Virus record (IMG/VR): IMGVR_UViG_3300036719_003654
DNA: 20,000 bases
Strand: one strand, 5' to 3'
Origin: an uncultured virus (IMG/VR IMGVR_UViG_3300036719_003654)
Lineage: Duplodnaviria > Heunggongvirae > Uroviricota > Caudoviricetes
A program made the translations under genes and the position numbers. Position 1 is the stretch's first letter; each line of letters begins with the position of its first letter. Shown here in pieces: positions 15,314-20,000 of the stretch. The notes under the pieces are model-generated. The model saw only the letters and a list, made by a program, of their open reading frames with translations, was not told the DNA's origin and searched no databases.

Positions 15314-17362
15314 TTACTTGGTGTAGTAGGGTTGAACTTTACCATCGGCTGCCACGGGCAGACCTTTCGTCCACTCAGGCACATTGGTCATGTGTCCAAC
15401 CAATTCTTCGATGGACTGGCTTTCACGAGTGTAGGTGAGAATCTGGTCATGGATCAGCGAGCACACCTCGTAGCCCGCTGCCTCTGATTTGATGATGCCG
15501 TTGTTGAGCAGGTCAGCGCCGACCCCTTCGCAGAAATTCTGGAGCAAAAGACCTCCGTATAGACCGCATCGACCCCAGATAGTTTTGCCGCGAATCTGCC
15601 CCCAGTAGGTGAGAGATTGACGAGTTTTGATCTTGCCGCTTTCCCACGTCTCAATCTCTCCGGTCTTCTTGTTCCGACTGACGGTCTCCTCAATTTTGGG
15701 ATCGCGGTAGGCGAGACGACGACCTGACGGCAGTTTGGCGAACAGATACTTGGTTCCCGCCGTTACCGCGCAAAAGAACTCGACTTTGCCCGCCTGATGG
15801 CGGGAACCAAAATTACTCACGGCGGCTTTGGCCGCACGATCATAGGCGTGCCAGACTTTGACGATGTTCGGATTAGCTTCTCGCCATTGCTCGACCACCT
15901 CCTCCAACTCTTCCTCCTTCACCCCCATGTCGAGAGCACCCATGTCTTTGAGAGCTTCCACTCCGCCCTGGTATTGAAGTGCCAAACTTGCGACCTTACC
16001 CTTCTGTCGGTCTGGGTGATGTTTGCCGTGCTCTTTGGCGTAGTCTAGCATCTCCTGCAAAGGCATCCCAGACATGCGGCATGCGGTCGCCTCGTAAATC
16101 TTGCCGTGAGTGCGGAACACTTCAAGCGTCCACTCCTCGTTCGCCAACCATGCCGCGATACGGGCTTCGATACTGCTGAAGTCCACGTCGAAGATCGGCC
16201 CAGCTTCGTCGTGAATGAAGTGACGGATGCACGAGCCGATGACCTCCAGCAGAGGTCCGTAGAATATTTCGATGTGTGCCTCGCTCGCTCCCGCCATGAT
16301 GTCGGCGTAGGCGGCGTCGGTGTTTTTGATCGTGGGGCGTTTGAAGTTCTGCGGCTGAACCAGTCTGCCGGATGCACGACCCGGACCTGCGCCGTAGAAT
16401 TGAATGGTGCCGCGCACCCGGCTGTCAGCACACGCACACTCGATCATTGCTTTCACCTTCTTGATGCTGGCAAAGCTGAGAGACTTTTTGATGGTGAGCA
16501 CGCGACCAACCGTCGTGGTGGGGTCAAAGGCTTCATCCTCCAACTGTTCGTCCAGTGTGTCGGCGCGGAGGTTGTCGCCCTCATACCCGTGCTCCTTGAG
16601 CCACTTCAACAGCACGTCACGTTGGGTCGGGTTGAAGCCGGTGAGTTCACGGAACTCCTCGGTCATGCGAGCCTCGTTGGCTTCGATCAGCGTTTGAGCG
16701 TGACGCAGGGCGGGCAGGTTGACCGGCAGACCACGGGAGTTGATGGCGAGGTCAGCCTGGAACGCTGCCAGCGTGTTGCCGGTCAGCTCGAAGTGCTTGA
16801 GAGTTTTGTGGATTCCCTGCTCCGCACGAACGTCTTGGATACAGTAATTGCAGAATGCAATAAAGTCGTCCTGTCGGTCAATGGGTTGAATGAACTTGCC
16901 GGAGGCTTTCTGCGGGATGGAGAACTTGCGGATCAGTGCTTTGCCTTTGCTGTCCTTCTGTTGCAGCAAGCCCAGCGTCTCGGCAGCTTTCTCCAGGGAT
17001 GGCGGGATGGCAGCGCGGCGGGACATGGCGGCGGTGCAGCGCCAGCGGCGGTAGTCGATCTTGAACCAACGGTTGTTCGGGCAGTGGTTGGTGATCGCCT
17101 GCTCGAAGTAGGCGTTATGCGCGTACACCGGAGCATCGTTGCGGTTCATCTCGGCAATCAGTTCGTCCACCCCTGGCGACGACCGGCACACGGACATGTC
17201 GTCGAACTCGAACTTGGGATTCACCCACAGCAGCGGACCCTCGCCGTCGCGAGCTATGGCTGCGCACAGGATCTCAGTGGACGGGTCTTCCGCGTACCGA
17301 AAAGCGCCTGTGCGCTTGATGTCCGCCGTTGAGCGTGTCTCGAAATCCAGATGAAAATTCAT
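15314..17362 (-). CDS. polA: Phage family A DNA polymerase with 3'-5' exonuclease (APSE-like)
   Basis: Exo motifs LDFET, AHNAYFE, YCIQDV; motif A DFSSIEAR; motif B RQKGKVASLALQY; motif C IHDQI. Confidence 0.95.
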   Translation of the reverse strand: MNFHLDFETRSTADIKRTGAFRYAEDPSTEILCAAIARDGEGPLLWVNPKFEFDDMSVCRSSPGVDELIAEMNRNDAPVYAHNAYFEQAITNHCPNNRWFKIDYRRWRCTAAMSRRAAIPPSLEKAAETLGLLQQKDSKGKALIRKFSIPQKASGKFIQPIDRQDDFIAFCNYCIQDVRAEQGIHKTLKHFELTGNTLAAFQADLAINSRGLPVNLPALRHAQTLIEANEARMTEEFRELTGFNPTQRDVLLKWLKEHGYEGDNLRADTLDEQLEDEAFDPTTTVGRVLTIKKSLSFASIKKVKAMIECACADSRVRGTIQFYGAGPGRASGRLVQPQNFKRPTIKNTDAAYADIMAGASEAHIEIFYGPLLEVIGSCIRHFIHDEAGPIFDVDFSSIEARIAAWLANEEWTLEVFRTHGKIYEATACRMSGMPLQEMLDYAKEHGKHHPDRQKGKVASLALQYQGGVEALKDMGALDMGVKEEELEEVVEQWREANPNIVKVWHAYDRAAKAAVSNFGSRHQAGKVEFFCAVTAGTKYLFAKLPSGRRLAYRDPKIEETVSRNKKTGEIETWESGKIKTRQSLTYWGQIRGKTIWGRCGLYGGLLLQNFCEGVGADLLNNGIIKSEAAGYEVCSLIHDQILTYTRESQSIEELVGHMTNVPEWTKGLPVAADGKVQPYYTK

Positions 17363-17469
17363 AGTGCGGAAAAAGGTGCCAGCGCCAAGGATACCAAGCA
17401 GGCTGGCGGCTACTCCAATAGAAGGGTAAAGAGAAAACCCTCGGTTGCGACTCTCTTGGCTTATCGGAT

Positions 17470-17583
17470 TGGTGACTCAAGTAGGACTCGAACCTACGGT
17501 CTAGGGTTTTACGGATTGCTCCGCGTGTATGAGCCTAGCTTGGAATGCACTCCAATGCGTGCCGCCTTCCACGCTTTTGAGTC
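17470..17583 (-). ncRNA. Atypical 114-nt tRNA-like RNA with encoded CCA and two extra hairpins (cryptic CAT anticodon)
   Basis: On the - strand: perfect 7-bp acceptor GACTCAA/TTGAGTC + A + CCA; T-arm GTAGG-TTCGAGT-CCTAC; D-like arm GCGT-GGAAGGCGGC-ACGC; extra hairpin TTGGA-GTGCAT-TCCAA; CTAGG/CCTAG stem enclosing CTCATA plus a 21-nt insert. Confidence 0.8.
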
Positions 17584-17590
17584 GAATTGG

Positions 17591-17833
17591 TCAGCAACCC
17601 CACCGTTTACGCGCAGCCTTGCCGCGTTCGCCGGTCCACCCGCTGGAGCGAGCGCAGAAGCTAGCCTTTCGGCCTTTGTCCGCGTCGGTCTTGGGGCTTG
17701 GTGCTGGCGGCTTCAGGTTGGAGCCGGTAGCCGCGTTGTATTTTGCACGACCCTTGGCGGTGAGTCCTGCACCTTTGGACACAGGCAGCTTTTCGCCTCG
17801 TCCGACACTGAGATTTGGTTTCTTGTCTGGCAT
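17591..17833 (-). CDS. Small basic phage protein, DUF6321-like (80 aa)
   Basis: GLTAKGRAKYNAATGSNLKPP...RKASFCAR...AARKRWGC. The ATG at 17833 has a C/A-rich leader. The longer 304-aa ORF call overlaps the SSB gene. Confidence 0.75.
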   Translation of the reverse strand: MPDKKPNLSVGRGEKLPVSKGAGLTAKGRAKYNAATGSNLKPPAPSPKTDADKGRKASFCARSSGWTGERGKAARKRWGC

Positions 17834-17960
17834 GATGTTTGGGTGTTGGCGAGCTACCACATTGTCAGCAGGTTGCTCAGTCTCCGTTCGGAAGGTGGAG
17901 TCTTTAGTTCTTGGATTGGGTACCAAGCGATCAAGACGATATAGCCACCTCCAAAATTCT

Positions 17961-18593
17961 TCACATGTCGTCGATGCTAAGATCGGCGGCAGGTTTCTTC
18001 GCAGCCGGTTTGGTGGCTGGCGCGGGTGCGCTCTCGGACTCGTCGTCCAGATCAATACCGGCAAACTCGGACTCGGCGTCCACCGGGGCAGCGCCGAAGG
18101 GTTCGCCGTCAGCATGGAAGATGACCACACGCAGCTCGGCGTTGATGCGCTTGCCGAACTTGTTGTCCATGGCCCAGAGGCGCACAGAAGCGTGGACGTA
18201 GCAACCAGCGTAGGGCTTGCCGTCCTCGGGAGACAGAGGCTCGAACGCCTTGTTGACCACACGAGGTTTGCGGTCCTGCTTGGAACTGGCGGAGAGGAAC
18301 ATGACGTTGTCGCCATAGCCGTCGCTGCCGTCGCGCTCGGAACCGTCGCGAAGGCAAGGTTTGATACCGCCCGGAGGCTTGCCTTTCCACTTTTCTTTCT
18401 TGAGGGCGTCGATGCGGGCCTCGACAGCTTTGATGGTTTCAGCGTTGGTCTTCTTGTCGAGGATGAAGTTGGCGCTGTAAAACGGATCGCCGCCTTCGTC
18501 GCCAAAAGGGGCAGGTTTGAAGATTTTCGGGTAGGACAGTCTGACGTTTTTCAGCAGAACGATGTTCGGATCGGCGGTGTTGGCTTGGCTCAT
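17961..18593 (-). CDS. ssb: Phage single-stranded DNA-binding protein (DUF2815, T7 gp2.5-like)
   Basis: NVRLSYPKIF, YSANFIL, CLRDG, PYAGCYVHAS, DGEPFG and an acidic C-terminal tail. It sits in the usual position between DUF2800 and polA. Confidence 0.88.
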   Translation of the reverse strand: MSQANTADPNIVLLKNVRLSYPKIFKPAPFGDEGGDPFYSANFILDKKTNAETIKAVEARIDALKKEKWKGKPPGGIKPCLRDGSERDGSDGYGDNVMFLSASSKQDRKPRVVNKAFEPLSPEDGKPYAGCYVHASVRLWAMDNKFGKRINAELRVVIFHADGEPFGAAPVDAESEFAGIDLDDESESAPAPATKPAAKKPAADLSIDDM

Positions 18594-18610
18594 GTTCGTG
18601 GTCTCGGTTT

Positions 18611-18664
18611 GTGTGTGTGTGTGTTTCTCGGGTCGCCGCGTTGTGCGGTAGAGGTAGAGGTAGA
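18611..18664 (+). repeat. (GT)7 microsatellite (18611-18624) and (GGTAGA)3 tandem repeat (18647-18664) in the ssb leader
   Basis: Read directly from the sequence. Confidence 0.9.
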
Positions 18665-18699
18665 ATATCCACAGATGGTTCTGCGGGTCAACCCCGAAA

Positions 18700-19899
18700 T
18701 CATTCTTCGTTCAAATCTACGCCAGCAAAGTCGCTGGTCATGTCGTTCTCGTATGTTTTGCGTGGGTCGCTCTCAGGCACGGCCATCGGGCTGCCGGGCG
18801 GCTTCACAATCAGGCGTTGCAGCTCGATCATCTTCGGACCTTTCATCTTGTCCGTCAGTTTCTCTGCCGCAGCAGGGGTGATCACGTCAGACGGCGGATA
18901 GACTTCGTCGTGTGGAAGGTTCAAACTGAGCAGCAGTTTGCCCGCTTCGGCAGGGTCGGTCCAACGGCGGTGCCCGCCACGGGAGAGCACCAGCTTGACG
19001 CCGGGCAGTTTGTTGCCGGAGATCAGCCGAGCGGTGACGAACTTCTCGATCTCACTCAACCACAGGCAAATGCTTTCCCTCGCTTTGAACGCCTTCACCA
19101 CATGCTCATCAGGGAGGGTGGCTACGGCAGGCGGCTCGTTGCCCTCCAGCACTTCCAACACCTCATCCTTAAAGTCGTCCAACATGGCGTCGTTGTAGGT
19201 AGGGCAGATGGCTGCCCCACGGCACCACTTGCAAATCTTCGGCCCGCACTTGAACACGCCGGGATCGCCGCGCAGGATGGCTGCCGCTTTGGGGGTGATC
19301 CGCTCATCCGTGAATTTCTTCAACTCACCCCAGGTGGTCGTCCAGGTGACGTGATCCTGCTCCAGCCGGGGTTGGAAGATGGTCATGGTGACGGGGTAGC
19401 TGTCGGCTGGCAGTGCCTCCCAGAACCCGTCGAACATGGACTCGATCAAACTGCGGGCGTAGATCGCCATCTGGAGGTTGTTCTCACTCTCCACTGGATC
19501 GTAGCCGTACTTGTAGTCAACGAGGTGAGCGCCGTTCTTGGTGAGCGCGTGGAAGTCCACGGTGCCACGCTCGGACGGGAGGTAGTAGAGTGGCGCTCGG
19601 AACTCGGCACCCCAGCGGATGACATCACACTTTGGACCCATCACGTCATGGCAAAACTCGGCGTACGCTTTGCCGTGCCGCAGCATTTCCTTGGTCGCCC
19701 ACTTTGGCGGCTCTTTGCCGAGAAGCAGATACTCGGCAACTGTGTGGGCCTTGGTGCCTTCCATGGCTGACGGTCCCGGTCTGTCCGGTGGCAGCCGGTG
19801 CTCGTTGGCCTTGACGAAAGCCAGGGCAACCGTGCATTCGGTCCAAGTGTGAGCCTTGGACGGGGAGAGGCGAGAGTGTTCGGGAGTGGTGTCGGCCAT
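18700..19899 (-). CDS. DUF2800 family PD-(D/E)xK (Cas4/RecB-like) phage nuclease
   Basis: HSRLSPSKAHTWTEC, EGTKAH, GTVD, VDYKYG, NLQMAIYA, IFQPR, CKWC...CP. ATG at 19899 follows the upstream stop at 19905. Confidence 0.9.
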   Translation of the reverse strand: MADTTPEHSRLSPSKAHTWTECTVALAFVKANEHRLPPDRPGPSAMEGTKAHTVAEYLLLGKEPPKWATKEMLRHGKAYAEFCHDVMGPKCDVIRWGAEFRAPLYYLPSERGTVDFHALTKNGAHLVDYKYGYDPVESENNLQMAIYARSLIESMFDGFWEALPADSYPVTMTIFQPRLEQDHVTWTTTWGELKKFTDERITPKAAAILRGDPGVFKCGPKICKWCRGAAICPTYNDAMLDDFKDEVLEVLEGNEPPAVATLPDEHVVKAFKARESICLWLSEIEKFVTARLISGNKLPGVKLVLSRGGHRRWTDPAEAGKLLLSLNLPHDEVYPPSDVITPAAAEKLTDKMKGPKMIELQRLIVKPPGSPMAVPESDPRKTYENDMTSDFAGVDLNEE

Positions 19900-19904
19900 G
19901 GGGA

Positions 19905-20000
19905 CTATTTGTTGAGTTCCGCGATAAGGCAAACCGCGTGGATGGTGGCTTTTTCAGCGATGTCTTCGTAAAAATCATATCCTTCTCCCGTCATGTCCGC
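19905..20000 (-). CDS. C-terminal end of a hypothetical protein running off the window
   Basis: Open frame ADMTGEGYDFYEDIAEKATIHAVCLIAELNK*, stopping 5 nt before the DUF2800 start. Confidence 0.55.
   Translation of the reverse strand, partial: ADMTGEGYDFYEDIAEKATIHAVCLIAELNK

Noticed and set aside
17470..17583. tmRNA, tRNA-Sec, group I intron-containing tRNA or att-site remnant
   Set aside because: It is too short for tmRNA or a ribozyme intron, and has no TCA anticodon or 8-bp acceptor stem. Both acceptor strands are present and no integrase or duplicated 3' end is in the window.
17847..17878. GAGC...TGGTAGCTCG resembling an initiator-tRNA D arm (split tRNA idea)
   Set aside because: No acceptor or anticodon strand complementary to the tRNA-like element flanks it. 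The match is too short to exclude chance.
17834..18505. N-terminal 224 aa of the 304-aa ORF 17591-18505
   Set aside because: It is an off-frame Ser/Pro/Arg-rich read of the ssb gene and the intergenic hairpins. Only the last 80 aa look like a real protein.
2932..19770. Long + strand ORFs (2932-3891, 10831-12168, 16106-17332, 17529-18881, 18817-19770 and others)
   Set aside because: They lie antisense to motif-bearing - strand genes and show no recognisable motifs. Such shadows are expected in GC-rich coding DNA.
18700..19899. Cas4-like nuclease as a sign of CRISPR-Cas
   Set aside because: DUF2800 next to SSB and PolA is a standard phage replication module. No repeat-spacer array or other cas gene was seen.

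Overview
This window is a fragment of a GC-rich tailed dsDNA phage or prophage; no host housekeeping genes are visible. On the + strand (1-2354) are the 3' end of a large probable virion/ejection protein and a Cys-rich protein. The rest is a convergent - strand run. Reading from 20000 downward it has an APSE-like replication module (DUF2800 nuclease, DUF2815 SSB, DUF6321-like protein, family A DNA polymerase, VRR-NUC, HNH-like protein, SNF2 helicase), then a DUF6378 protein and a terminase large subunit. A ~7 kb tightly packed sugar-modification block follows (3 SAM methyltransferases, GT2, radical SAM/SPASM, GT9, a Tat-signal protein, a GT-A-like protein with a C-terminal HTH), and finally a Dps-like gene with its own sigma70 promoter. 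The three most unusual items: (1) a 114-nt CCA-ending tRNA-like RNA with two extra hairpins, one inside a CAT anticodon loop, which collapses to 76 nt when both are removed; (2) the glycosylation/methylation block directly behind TerL; (3) a short domain apparently shared by the GT9 C-terminus and the Cys-rich protein on the opposite strand. All family names are from motif recognition by eye; no database search was run.
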